Shown: positions 1 through 9,849, counted from the stretch's first letter. The stretch: DNA of 64,000 nt from Kiritimatiellia bacterium (GCA_041673345.1 JBAYXX010000008.1:627-64626), one strand, 5' to 3'. Notes: generated by a model not told the origin, from the sequence alone. Made by a program: numbers and translations.

Positions 1-1
1 T

Positions 2-670
2 ATTCTGCGCGACGATGCCCTGCGCTTCAACCCCCGTGAGCCCAAAATTTATCGGGAGCTGGCGTGGCTCTATCAAAACAAGATCGGCTCTGATCTGGAC
101 AGCGCCCACTTGAGCTATAAATTCGATCTTGCAACCACCATGGCTCCTTTGCTCAATGGGAACGGCACCTTGAATGACACCCCTGAAAACCGACTTAAGC
201 TCAAAGCACTCAAACTGGATACAGAGTTGATGTTAAAGCTGGAGCGCGAGTTTTGTGTTCTGGACTGGCGTATGGCGGAAACCCACGCGCTGTATTGGGC
301 TAAGCAGGGAAGCTTCTACGCCACTGGCAATGAGAGTATGCTGGGACGCCGTGCCCTCTACCAACCATTGATGCTTATGACCTTCAACGGACGATTCACC
401 GGCGATCTGGATGCAAAAATCTGGAAAACTGCCCCCAATCACGCCCTTGCGATTCCCACCGCTGCTTACATGCAAGAAACACTGAAAATGTTGCCCAGCA
501 GAAATATGCACACTGTCTACCTGCGTTTTCTCGCTGTGGCTATAAAGGAGCTGGACAAGGCAGACCAAAAGGAGACGGCGCAGCAACTCTACGCCCAACT
601 GTGCGCTGCGCTACCCGCCGAAAACCCAGCCCCGTCCTACAGTGAACTCCTCTCCGAAGATCTTAAATGA
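2..670 (+). CDS. 5'-truncated conserved hypothetical protein (helical/TPR-like, PVC-type)
   Basis: Frame is open from base 2 (ILRDDALRFNPREPKIYRELAWLYQNKIGSDLD...) and runs into the 110..670 ORF; the true start lies before the window. Confidence 0.7.
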   Translation: MLRDDALRFNPREPKIYRELAWLYQNKIGSDLDSAHLSYKFDLATTMAPLLNGNGTLNDTPENRLKLKALKLDTELMLKLEREFCVLDWRMAETHALYWAKQGSFYATGNESMLGRRALYQPLMLMTFNGRFTGDLDAKIWKTAPNHALAIPTAAYMQETLKMLPSRNMHTVYLRFLAVAIKELDKADQKETAQQLYAQLCAALPAENPAPSYSELLSEDLK

Positions 671-701
671 CAACACAAAAATGTGCCCGTAACCAAGCCG
701 A

Positions 702-772
702 TCTCTCGATTAATTCGATTTCTCCCGACAATTTCCGCGAGTGAATCGAGTGAAATCGAATTAATCGAGAGA
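702..772. repeat. 21-bp perfect inverted repeat (REP-like or terminator-like hairpin)
   Basis: TCTCTCGATTAATTCGATTTC (702-722) and its exact reverse complement (752-772), 29-nt spacer, intergenic. Confidence 0.85.
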
Positions 773-844
773 ATCGAATCTAACTACCATCCCTCCCATC
801 CTAAATTTCACAGAGCCTTCCAAAAAATAACTGCTCTCTTCGGC

Positions 845-873
845 TTGCTATTCTCCGCGAATTCCTGTATATT
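845..873 (+). promoter_or_regulatory. sigma70-type promoter for rpsB-tsf
   Basis: TTGCTA-17 nt-TATATT with TG immediately upstream of the -10 box. Confidence 0.6.
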
Positions 874-879
874 TTTTTC

Positions 880-1032
880 TTTTACAGCACGGACTGTCGA
901 GTGACAGCACCGTGTGGAAGCGAAGACGCTCTGGAGATTCATGACTCCAGACGCCAAAGCGGATTAACTTGCAGGGTTTACTAAACCGCCTTTTCCGGGC
1001 GGAACTCTGTTTTAATGTTAAAGGATCATATC
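880..1032 (+). promoter_or_regulatory. structured rpsB 5' leader (candidate S2 autoregulatory element)
   Basis: About 150-nt leader with hairpins CTGGAG-8-CTCCAG and CCGCC-7-GGCGG; rpsB leaders are known S2-binding elements in other phyla. Confidence 0.4.
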
Positions 1033-2118
1033 ATGCAATTACCTGTTTCGGAACTCACCGGAATCACTCTCAAAGACCTCATTGACGCTGGTCTTCATTT
1101 TGGACATCAGACCAAACGCTGGAACCCCAAAATGCGCGACTATATCTTTGATAAGCGCAACGGTATACACATCATCGACCTCACTCAGACCATTCCTATG
1201 ATTGAGGAAGCAGCCAAGTTTCTGCGCGAAACCGTATTGAGCGGTAAAAAAATTCTCTTTGTCGCCACAAAAAAACAGGCCCAGGAGGCTGTTAAAGAGG
1301 CTGCGGAGTACTGCGGGCAGTACCACATGGCTGAGCGCTGGCTAGGCGGCACACTGACCAACAACCAGACGATCCGTATCAGCGTCAAGCGCATGCGTCA
1401 GATCGAAACCATGGGCCGCAACAATAACGGCGTTCTTTCAGTTCACAAAAAAGAGGCCGCCAGCCTGCGCCGCGAACTTGAAAAGCTCCAGAAAAATCTG
1501 GGGGGCATTGCCGATATGACCAAAATGCCGGGCGCTATCATCATTATTGATATCTGTCGCGAACAGAACGCGCTCAAAGAGGCGAAGCGCCTGAACATTC
1601 CTGTGGTGGCTCTAGTTGACACCAATGCCGACCCTGATCCGATTGATTACGTTATTCCCGGTAACGATGATGCCATCCGTGGCATCAAACTGGTGACCGA
1701 CGCATTCGCCAAAGTAATCAAAGCCGCCAACGATGAGTACTCACAGATCGCCGCTGAACGTCAGCTCCAAAAAGATGTAGAACGCGCCAAAGAGGATGCC
1801 GCCAACCGCGCCGCCCGCAAAACACGCAAAGACGACACCCGCGCCACAGACAAGAGCGATGAAGCTAAAGCCAAGCTCAATGAGAGCCGCAAACGTGCCG
1901 CTAAAGCCGCTAAAGAGGCTGTTGAGGCAAAAGTAGCATCGGTTGAGCCTGCGCCAGCTGCACCTGTCGCGGTTGACACTGCGGAGCCCGCCGAACCAAC
2001 CAAGATTGAGGCCCCTGTCGAAGCGCCCAAGGCCAAGGCCGCTAAAGAGCCGAAGGCCGAGGTTGTCGAGCCCAAGGTTGAGGCTGAGGCCCCTGTCGAA
2101 GCATCCAAAGCCGAATAA
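1033..2118 (+). CDS. rpsB: 30S ribosomal protein S2 with long Ala/Glu/Lys/Pro-rich C-terminal extension
   Basis: [45 protein letters not shown]; AAGGA SD precedes ATG 1033. Confidence 0.97.
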   Translation: MQLPVSELTGITLKDLIDAGLHFGHQTKRWNPKMRDYIFDKRNGIHIIDLTQTIPMIEEAAKFLRETVLSGKKILFVATKKQAQEAVKEAAEYCGQYHMAERWLGGTLTNNQTIRISVKRMRQIETMGRNNNGVLSVHKKEAASLRRELEKLQKNLGGIADMTKMPGAIIIIDICREQNALKEAKRLNIPVVALVDTNADPDPIDYVIPGNDDAIRGIKLVTDAFAKVIKAANDEYSQIAAERQLQKDVERAKEDAANRAARKTRKDDTRATDKSDEAKAKLNESRKRAAKAAKEAVEAKVASVEPAPAAPVAVDTAEPAEPTKIEAPVEAPKAKAAKEPKAEVVEPKVEAEAPVEASKAE

Positions 2119-2206
2119 AATCGGCATCCTGATCTTGCCTTGAGGTCATATGACCGACCCAAGGCAATCTGAAATTCAATCAAAACATAATTTTTGGAGA
2201 AGAAGA

Positions 2207-3049
2207 ATGGCTGAAATTACAGTAGCAATGATTAACGACCTACGCAAACAGACTAGCGCGGGCATGATGGATTGCAAGCGAGCCCTTAACGAAACCAATG
2301 GCGATTTTACTGCCGCCATTAAGATTTTGCGCGAAAAAGGCGCTGTTATCCAGCAGAAGCGCGCCGACAAGGAGTCCAAACAGGGCATCATCAACGTTGT
2401 CGCCTCCGCGGATGGAAAAACTCTAGCGCTGACCGAGGTTAACACTGAGACCGATTTTGTGGCCAAAACAGACAACTTCAAAAATTTCGCCCTTGCCGTG
2501 ACCAACGAGGTTCTGGCTAAAGGCGAGGATGTCGCTGGGTCAATGAATGAAGCACTAATAACCATTGTCTCCCAGACCGGTGAGAATGTTAAAATCCGCC
2601 GTACCGCACGCATGACGCTGAACGGCTCGGGCAAGGTTGAGTCCTACATTCATATGGGTGGCAAGGTAGGCGTTCTGGTTGAAGTGGCTTGCGGCAAAGC
2701 CGCAACTGAGAGTAACGAGAAGTTCGCACAACTGGTGCATGATCTCACCCTTCAGATCGCAGCGGCTGCACCGGCCTATCTGGTTTCCGCTGAGGTGCCG
2801 GCCAATGTGATTGATGCCGAAAAGGACATCTATCGCAACCAGCTCAAAGGCGAGAACAAACCTGAGAATATCATCGAGAACATACTTAAAGGCAAGATCA
2901 ACAAGTTTTTCTCTGAGATTTGCCTGGTCAACCAGCCCTTTGTCAAAGAGCCCAAGTTGAACATTACAGACATTGTCAAAGCCTGTGAAAAAGAGTGCGA
3001 TGACACCATTGAAATCAAAAAATTTGTCCGTTTCCAGCTCGGTGCGTAA
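2207..3049 (+). CDS. tsf: translation elongation factor Ts
   Basis: LRKQTSAGMMDCKRAL, EVNTETDFVA, YIHMGGKVGVLVE; follows rpsB; GGAG SD before ATG 2207. Confidence 0.97.
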   Translation: MAEITVAMINDLRKQTSAGMMDCKRALNETNGDFTAAIKILREKGAVIQQKRADKESKQGIINVVASADGKTLALTEVNTETDFVAKTDNFKNFALAVTNEVLAKGEDVAGSMNEALITIVSQTGENVKIRRTARMTLNGSGKVESYIHMGGKVGVLVEVACGKAATESNEKFAQLVHDLTLQIAAAAPAYLVSAEVPANVIDAEKDIYRNQLKGENKPENIIENILKGKINKFFSEICLVNQPFVKEPKLNITDIVKACEKECDDTIEIKKFVRFQLGA

Positions 3050-3111
3050 AGCACCCTGACTGCAACGAATTAAGAAGGACCGGAATTCACACTCCCGGCG
3101 CAAGGAGAAAA

Positions 3112-4473
3112 ATGCAACTGGATCGAAGATCATTTATTAAAGCCGCCGCTCTGGTCGGGGGCGCGGCAAGTTTGGCGGCCGGGAGCGGGTGTCGAACCTT
3201 ACAGTTCAAAGGCATCACAGCCGCTGGATCAATGATGGGATTTAGAGCTGATCCTTTGCCGAAGCTGCGCGTTGGCATGATTGGCGTTGGACATCGCGGC
3301 CCCGCTGCGGTTAAGCGGCTCAGTCGGATTGCGGGGGTGCGGATTACCGCAGTGAGTGATCTACTCCAAGAAAAAGTTGACCGCCAGGTGCAGGTGCTGA
3401 AAGAGCGTGGCGCACCTGCGCCTGATCGCTACTTTGGAAACCCTTTGGAGTGGCGCAAGCTCTGCGAATCCGAACAAGTAGATTTAGTTTATCTGTGTAC
3501 ACCATGGCTCTGCCACACCCCTATGGCTGTTTACGCTATGGAATGTGGCAAGCATGTGGCGACTGAGGTGCCAGCCGCCATGACGCTCGAAGAGTGCTGG
3601 CAATTGGTCGAAACCGCCGAAAAAACCCGGCGCCACTGCATGATGCTGGAAAACTGCTGCTACGGGGAGAATGAGATGATGATGCTCAACCTGTGCCGTC
3701 AGGGTGTTTTGGGTGAGCTGGTGCATGGTGAAGCGGCTTACATCCACGATCTGAGTTCAGGGAAAATATCAAGAACAGGAAATCAGGTTCACTGGCGCTC
3801 GAAATGGTCGATCGCGCACACCGGCAACCCCTATCCAACCCACGGTCTGGGCCCAATCTGTCAGTATATGAACATAAACCGCGGCGACCGCTTCCAGTAC
3901 TTGAGTTCAATCAGCAGCGACCAGTTTGGCCTGACACTCAAGGCCAAGAGTGTGCATGGCGATAAGAGCGAACAAGCCAAAGCACGCTACGCGTTGGGTG
4001 ATATGAACACCACTGTGATAAAAACCTACCGCGGACGTACAATCATGGTGCAGCACGACACCACTTCGCCGCGTCCTTACAGTCGTTTGAATCTGATCTC
4101 GGGCACTAAGGGATTGGTGGCGGACTATCCGTTACGGGCTGCGCTGGAGCCGCAAGCGCATGCGTGGATGGGAGAAAAAGAACTAGCTGAAATGAAGGCG
4201 AAATACATTCACCCGCTGTGGGATAAGAGCGGTGAGGCCGCCAAAAAGGCGGGCGGTCATGGTGGCATGGATTTCATGATGGATTTACGGCTTTGTCACT
4301 GCCTGCAACATGGCCTGCCACTTGATATGGATGTGTATGATGCCGCGCTTTGGAGTTCAATTGTGGAATTGAGTGAGAGATCAGTACTCAGAAAAGGCGG
4401 ATCAGTGAAGGTCCCCGACTTCACCCGCGGCGGGTGGAAAAATGCTGAGCCTCTGGGAATCGTGAGTATGTGA
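3112..4473 (+). CDS. Tat-exported Gfo/Idh/MocA oxidoreductase, GH109 (alpha-N-acetylgalactosaminidase)-like
   Basis: DRRSFIK Tat motif; IGVGHRG Rossmann motif, TPWLCH, EVPAA, ENCCYG, YPTHGLGP, GGHGGMDF are typical of GH109. Confidence 0.85.
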   Translation: MQLDRRSFIKAAALVGGAASLAAGSGCRTLQFKGITAAGSMMGFRADPLPKLRVGMIGVGHRGPAAVKRLSRIAGVRITAVSDLLQEKVDRQVQVLKERGAPAPDRYFGNPLEWRKLCESEQVDLVYLCTPWLCHTPMAVYAMECGKHVATEVPAAMTLEECWQLVETAEKTRRHCMMLENCCYGENEMMMLNLCRQGVLGELVHGEAAYIHDLSSGKISRTGNQVHWRSKWSIAHTGNPYPTHGLGPICQYMNINRGDRFQYLSSISSDQFGLTLKAKSVHGDKSEQAKARYALGDMNTTVIKTYRGRTIMVQHDTTSPRPYSRLNLISGTKGLVADYPLRAALEPQAHAWMGEKELAEMKAKYIHPLWDKSGEAAKKAGGHGGMDFMMDLRLCHCLQHGLPLDMDVYDAALWSSIVELSERSVLRKGGSVKVPDFTRGGWKNAEPLGIVSM

Positions 4474-4514
4474 TTCGGAGCACCGAATTATTTCTGAAAG
4501 CGAGAGGATTTTCC

Positions 4515-4573
4515 GCATGATCCTAATCGTCCACCAACATCGTCGCACAGCATCGCCGGCCGAAGCCGCTCTA
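4515..4573. repeat. copy of modular intergenic repeat (ATCCTAATCGTC / GCCGAAGCCGC family)
   Basis: Matches the reverse complements of 57680-57726 and 53998-54035; lies between convergent genes. Confidence 0.8.
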
Positions 4574-4651
4574 CGTGTCGGGCATAGTTCCGCTTGCGGG
4601 ACGACGCCCGCATATTACGCAAACTCAATTTGGTTGTAATGGAAAGCTGCT

Positions 4652-5623
4652 TCAGGGTTTACCGGAAAAGTAAGCTATCGCCTTTGCCAGCCCTTCGCGC
4701 AGAGGAATACGGGGCGACCAGTTGAGCAGCTCTCCCGCAAGGGTGATATCCGGCTTGCGACGTTTGGGGTCATCTTTGGGCAATGGTCTGTAAACCAACT
4801 GGCTGGTGCTCTCTGGGATCTGACGCAACGTCTCTTCAGCCAGCTCTTTGATGGTGTACTCATCTGGGTTGCCGACATTGAGTACTGGCATATTCATCTG
4901 CTTGGAGTGAAAGAAGGCCGTAATCACGCTTTTCTCCAAATTCATAAAGGTGTGCATGGCCGCAATCAGGTCGTCTACAAACTGGAAACTGCGGGTTTGA
5001 GAGCCGTCACCATAGAGGGTGATCTCCCGATGATTGAGCGCCTGATTGATGAAATTGCTGATCACACGTCCGTCCTGGGGGTGCATGTTGGGTCCGTAGG
5101 TATTGAAAATACGAATCATCCGTACATCCACATGATACTCGCGGAGATAATCCGCGCAGAGTGTTTCAGCGGCGCGTTTGCCTTCATCATAGCAACTGCG
5201 TTGTCCAATGGTGTTGACATTGCCCCAGTAACTCTCTGGCTGCGGATGAACCTCAGGATCGCCGTAGATCTCCGAAGTGGAGGTGTAAAAGACCTTGGCT
5301 TTAGTTTTGAGGGCCAGCTCCAACACATTCATCATGCCCAGAAAGGAGGTTTTGATAGTTTCAACCGGATTGCGCTGGTAATGGATCGGAGAAGCAGGGC
5401 AGGCTAGGTTATAGATCTCATCAAACTGACCCCAGAAAGGCTGAGTCACATCGTGCAGGATGAATGTGAACCTCGGGTTATCCATCATCTCGTAAATATT
5501 GGCCTTCGTGCCGGTGAATAGATTGTCCATCACGGTTACCTCTAAGCCGTCAGCCAGCAACCGCCGCGCCAAATGTGAACCGATAAACCCGGCTCCGCCA
5601 GTAATCAAAACTTTTTTTGTCAT
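4652..5623 (-). CDS. UDP-glucuronate decarboxylase (UDP-xylose synthase), extended SDR
   Basis: [50 protein letters not shown]. Confidence 0.92.
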   Translation of the reverse strand: MTKKVLITGGAGFIGSHLARRLLADGLEVTVMDNLFTGTKANIYEMMDNPRFTFILHDVTQPFWGQFDEIYNLACPASPIHYQRNPVETIKTSFLGMMNVLELALKTKAKVFYTSTSEIYGDPEVHPQPESYWGNVNTIGQRSCYDEGKRAAETLCADYLREYHVDVRMIRIFNTYGPNMHPQDGRVISNFINQALNHREITLYGDGSQTRSFQFVDDLIAAMHTFMNLEKSVITAFFHSKQMNMPVLNVGNPDEYTIKELAEETLRQIPESTSQLVYRPLPKDDPKRRKPDITLAGELLNWSPRIPLREGLAKAIAYFSGKP

Positions 5624-7413
5624 AATATTTCCTTGCTGGATTGTAACTCTTTCCCGCGGATCTTAATGTGCAGCTCGCGCAACTGACGCTCTGAGACCGT
5701 GGCGGGCGCGTTCATCATCAAATCCTGCGCCTTCTGGTTCATCGGGAATGCGATGACCTCACGGATATTATCCTGGTCTGCGATCAGCATCACCATACGG
5801 TCAACCCCCGGCGCGATGCCACCATGGGGCGGTGCCCCATATTTGAAGGCGTTCAACAGGCTTGAAAATTTTTCCTCAACCACCTCCGGTCCGTAACCGG
5901 CAATCTCAAAGGCCTTGTACATGATCTCCGGCAGATGGTTGCGGATGGCACCACTCGAGAGTTCAACTCCATTGCAGACAGCATCGTACTGGAAGGCCAG
6001 TATTTCCAGCGGCTCCTGGGTGAGCAGCGCCTCCATACCGCCTTGCGGCATGGAGAATGGGTTGTGCGAAAAGGCTGGCGCGCCGGTCTCCTCATCCAGT
6101 TCATACATCGGGAAGTCCACAATCCAGCAGAATTTAAAAACGTTTTTGTTGATCAACTCCAGATCGCGCCCCAGTTTAGTGCGGATCTCGCCAGCGATTT
6201 TAGCGGCACTGGCGGGTTTGTCGCAGACAAAAAAGATCACATCGCCGCTCTCCACCCCTCCAGCGGCGGCTAAAGCGGCCAGCTCCGCATCAGAGAGGAA
6301 TTTTTTAACCGGGCCTTTGATCTCATCATTATCCCACACCAAATAGGCCAGCCCTTTTGAGCCAATGGACTGGGCAAAAGCGACCAGCTTGTCGAAGAAA
6401 CTGCGGGATTTAGCAGCGATGCCTTTGACCGGGAGCGCGCGTACCACCGCGCCGCCCTTCACCGCGCCGGCAAAGGCGTTAAAACCGGAGTTCGCGAATA
6501 TTTCGGAGCAGTCGAAGATCTCAATTGGGTTGCGCAGATCCGGTTTGTCACACCCGTACTTGAGCATCGACTCTTTATAGGGAATCCGCACCCAGGGGGC
6601 ATCATCCACAATCTTGCAGGAAAACTTTCTAAAGGTGTTGACGCAGACATTTTCGACAACCTCGAAGATCTCATCCTGGGTGACAAACGACATCTCCATA
6701 TCAAGCTGATAGAATTCGCCGGGAGAACGGTCGGCGCGTGCGTCTTCATCGCGGAAACAGGGGGCGATCTGGAAATAGCGGTCAAAGCCAGCCACCATGA
6801 GCAGTTGTTTGAAGAGCTGCGGGGCCTGCGGCAGAGCGTAAAATTTACCGTGATGAACACGGCTGGGCACTAGGTAGTCACGCGCCCCCTCAGGCGAGCT
6901 ACATGTGAGAATAGGGGTCTGATATTCGTTGAAGCCCTGTTCCTCCATCTGCCGCCGCAGATAGGAGATAATTTTGGAACGCAGTACAATGTTGTTGTGC
7001 AGCGTTTCACGGCGCAGATCAAGGTAGCGGTATTTGAGACGCAGCTCCTCGGCGCACTCCTCATCACCCGGCAGATAAATCGGAGTCTGCTCCGACGCGC
7101 ACTCCACGATACACTCGTTGGCAACCAGCTCCACCTCACCGGTGGGCAGATCGGGGTTAATGGTTGATTCGTCACGCGGGGTGACTTCGCCTGTGACAGT
7201 TAACACGGTTTCGAGTTTGGCGTGGGTCAATTCGCCAAAGAAAGCGCGGGAGGGGTGAACTACCAGCTGTGTAAGTCCATAGTGGTCACGCAGGTCGATA
7301 AAGAGGATGCCGCCATGGTCACGCTTGCGGAATATCCATCCGGAGAGCTTGGCAGTGATGCCAGCATCTGCTGATCTGAGTTCATGGCATTTATGGGATC
7401 TGTATGGGTGCAT
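5620..7413 (-). CDS. aspS: aspartate--tRNA ligase, probably non-discriminating (Asp/Asn)
   Basis: YRSH-C, RDHGG (His typical of the ND type), [36 protein letters not shown]; ATGA overlap with the downstream gene. Confidence 0.96.
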   Translation of the reverse strand: MHPYRSHKCHELRSADAGITAKLSGWIFRKRDHGGILFIDLRDHYGLTQLVVHPSRAFFGELTHAKLETVLTVTGEVTPRDESTINPDLPTGEVELVANECIVECASEQTPIYLPGDEECAEELRLKYRYLDLRRETLHNNIVLRSKIISYLRRQMEEQGFNEYQTPILTCSSPEGARDYLVPSRVHHGKFYALPQAPQLFKQLLMVAGFDRYFQIAPCFRDEDARADRSPGEFYQLDMEMSFVTQDEIFEVVENVCVNTFRKFSCKIVDDAPWVRIPYKESMLKYGCDKPDLRNPIEIFDCSEIFANSGFNAFAGAVKGGAVVRALPVKGIAAKSRSFFDKLVAFAQSIGSKGLAYLVWDNDEIKGPVKKFLSDAELAALAAAGGVESGDVIFFVCDKPASAAKIAGEIRTKLGRDLELINKNVFKFCWIVDFPMYELDEETGAPAFSHNPFSMPQGGMEALLTQEPLEILAFQYDAVCNGVELSSGAIRNHLPEIMYKAFEIAGYGPEVVEEKFSSLLNAFKYGAPPHGGIAPGVDRMVMLIADQDNIREVIAFPMNQKAQDLMMNAPATVSERQLRELHIKIRGKELQSSKEIL

Positions 7414-7554
7414 GTGGTTATTCCTTAAAACGGCTGTGCAAAAAATGAAGTTATACTATATCAAACAATACACTAAAACACTACGCCTTAATTTTTGGTA
7501 AATTATCTTAAAAATTATAGCGCACTGAGCCTGTATCTCCGGCGATAATCGGCT

Positions 7555-8784
7555 TTAAGTATTGCTTTTATCTTTGACTACAGGTTTGAAGCCCACCGCC
7601 ATCAACACAGCCAGAACCAGCGAGATACCGATTGCAATCAGAAATGGTGTAGTCCAATTATGTGCGCCGGTTTCAGCGACAATGTTTTTACTGAGAATTT
7701 TATCAAAAATAAAGTTCGACAAAAAGGTACCAAGACTGAACATTATCAGCCCAATAAAACCCTGCGCCTGGCTACGCAGCTCCTTGGGTGCGGCCGCGTC
7801 AACATACATCTGGCTGCCAACAATCAACATGCCGAATATCAACCCATGAATCAAGATGCCTGCATAATCACCTACATTTACACCGGTACGGGTACCAATG
7901 TAGAACATGACATAACGGAAGACCAGCGCCATCAGGCCGATAACCATAGCCCACTTGTAGCCAGCTTTTCTCAAAATAAAGGGAATCATGAGCATAAACG
8001 CCAGCTCCAGCACCTGCCCGAGATTCATAACCGCAGTCAGGTACTCATAGCCACGCTCCTGCAGGTACATGCTATTATAAACGTTATACCATTGGAACGG
8101 CACCATGGCCAACAGGATTAACAGCGAGAAAACCAGGAAGTCCGGACGTTTAAGCAACACCAGCGCACGCAGACCCAAAGCATCAACCAGCGACATCTTC
8201 TGCCCCTTGGCTGGCGGTTTGGTAGGCGGCAGGAAGAAAGCCAGCAAGCCAGCGATCACAGCCGCGATTGCACCCCCGACAAAGATATAAGATGTACTGT
8301 CAAACTTTGCAATATTAAAAACCTTAGTTCCCACAACACTAAAGACCGCCGCCGCAACCCAGCCCAACGAGCCAAAGACGCGAATTTGCGGAAAGGCCTC
8401 GGTTGTGCTGTTCGCCATTGCGATTGTGGCGGTCAGAGACCAGGTCGGCATATAAAACACCATGACCAACAGCAGCGTCACAAATAAAGCCAGCGGTGAT
8501 TTAACGGTATAGGCATAGGCCAGCAGACCGGCCGAGACAAAATTACAAATTGCCAGCACCTTCTCGCTATTCATAAAGCGGTCAGCGAACATACCGACAA
8601 TAGGAGATGCCAAGGCACCAAATCCCATAATCATACCGCATAACAGAGGCAGATGACTACCCTCTGGTGCCATTTTTCTAATATACGGAAACATTGGTAT
8701 GAACCATACCGGAAGAATCATAAACTGCAAGAACATCATTGCGCTCAGTTTAACGCGTGTACTCATCGACATTTTATCCGACAT
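7555..8784 (-). CDS. MFS transporter, nucleoside:H+ symporter (NupG/XapB-like) family
   Basis: About 12 hydrophobic segments; GMFADRF, FPQIRVFGSLGW, ELRSQAQG motifs. Confidence 0.85.
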   Translation of the reverse strand: MSDKMSMSTRVKLSAMMFLQFMILPVWFIPMFPYIRKMAPEGSHLPLLCGMIMGFGALASPIVGMFADRFMNSEKVLAICNFVSAGLLAYAYTVKSPLALFVTLLLVMVFYMPTWSLTATIAMANSTTEAFPQIRVFGSLGWVAAAVFSVVGTKVFNIAKFDSTSYIFVGGAIAAVIAGLLAFFLPPTKPPAKGQKMSLVDALGLRALVLLKRPDFLVFSLLILLAMVPFQWYNVYNSMYLQERGYEYLTAVMNLGQVLELAFMLMIPFILRKAGYKWAMVIGLMALVFRYVMFYIGTRTGVNVGDYAGILIHGLIFGMLIVGSQMYVDAAAPKELRSQAQGFIGLIMFSLGTFLSNFIFDKILSKNIVAETGAHNWTTPFLIAIGISLVLAVLMAVGFKPVVKDKSNT

Positions 8785-8952
8785 TTCCGTACTCCTTTGT
8801 GGTGGCCGGCCGCAACAACGGCAAACCAGCTCCTTTGGTTAATAAAACAGCAGGGAATCACTCGAAATGATAAACAAACAGCACCAGCAAACAACGAAAG
8901 CCAGCGATATATTCACCTCCCTGCTACAGTGCTGATTATTTCAAGTATCCGG

Positions 8953-8981
8953 TTGACTTGTCAACACAAACCTTCTATACT
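8953..8981 (+). promoter_or_regulatory. sigma70 promoter of coaB (probably leaderless transcript), overlapped by a GTTGAC-TT-GTCAAC palindrome
   Basis: TTGACT(8953-8958)-17 nt-TATACT(8976-8981); ATG at 8989 is 7 nt after the -10 box and has no SD. Confidence 0.7.
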
Positions 8982-8988
8982 TTTAATT

Positions 8989-9621
8989 ATGAAAATTTTA
9001 ATCACTGCCGGACCTACTCGTGAGTATTTAGACCCCATCCGATTTCTGAGCAACCGCTCATCAGGAAAGATGGGTTTTGCAATCGCCAAAGCGGCTGCGT
9101 CGAAAGGACACAGTGTCACTTTGATCTCTGGACCTGTGATTCTTGACACCCCCGCAAACGTCAGGCGAGTTGAAATTGAGAGCGCGCGCGAGATGCTCGC
9201 CGCTGTTCAACAGGAGCTGCCAGAACAGGAGGTGCTGATTATGACCGCCGCTGTCTCTGATTTCCGCCCCAGAATAATGACCCACCACAAACTCAAGAAA
9301 GCAACTATGCCCGCTGTAATTGAGCTTCGAAAAAATCCAGATATCCTGAAAACAATTCAGCCGGAAAAAGGCAACCGGATCTTTGTAGGATTTGCTGCTG
9401 AAACCGACAATATTTTCCTTGAGGCAACGCGCAAGCTCAATGAAAAAGGGCTTGATATGATTGTCGCCAACGATATCACCCAAAGCGATGCCGGCTTTGG
9501 GATGGACACCAACCGCGTCACGCTCATCTACCCCGACAAAGAACCGGAACACCTGCCGCTGATGTCCAAAACCGATCTCGGTGTGAAACTGATCGAAATC
9601 ATTGAAACGATGCGAGCGTAG
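8989..9621 (+). CDS. coaB: phosphopantothenate--cysteine ligase (stand-alone CoaB domain)
   Basis: MKILITAGPTREYLDPIRFLSNRSSGKMG, AAVSDF, VGFAAET, DMIVAND; no CoaC domain. Confidence 0.9.
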   Translation: MKILITAGPTREYLDPIRFLSNRSSGKMGFAIAKAAASKGHSVTLISGPVILDTPANVRRVEIESAREMLAAVQQELPEQEVLIMTAAVSDFRPRIMTHHKLKKATMPAVIELRKNPDILKTIQPEKGNRIFVGFAAETDNIFLEATRKLNEKGLDMIVANDITQSDAGFGMDTNRVTLIYPDKEPEHLPLMSKTDLGVKLIEIIETMRA

Positions 9622-9627
9622 GGTGGC

Positions 9628-9762
9628 TCGCGACAAAGCTTACGACAAAGTTCGCGACAAAGCGTGACTATTGCCAAGAGTCAGGGTCGTTATCAGAATC
9701 GGTATCGAAAAGCGCATAGAATCGACTCCTATGCCGATTCCGACCCCGACCCCGACCCCGAG
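9628..9762. repeat. simple-sequence repeat module: (CGACAAAG) x3 with 12-bp period and (CCGAyy) x4-5
   Basis: CGACAAAG at 9631, 9643 and 9655; CCGATTCCGACCCCGACCCCGACCCCGA at 9734-9761; related sequence at 53581-53603. Confidence 0.8.
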
Positions 9763-9801
9763 TTGCGAGGCACCACATGTTGACTGCGGAGCCGACCTCT
9801 T

Positions 9802-9849
9802 GTAGGTCCGGTTTCCAACCGGATATGTCCGGTTGGAAACCGGACCTAC
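9802..9849. repeat. GTAG-type REP doublet (REPIN-like)
   Basis: GTAGGTCCGGTTTCCAACCGGA-tatg-exact reverse complement; each arm starts with GTAG and contains its own hairpin TCCGGTT-TCC-AACCGGA. Confidence 0.85.

Noticed and set aside
8653-8988. N-terminal 112-aa extension of CoaB in the ORF track
   Set aside because: It overlaps the divergent MFS gene; homology starts at MKILITAG, and a promoter sits inside the extension.
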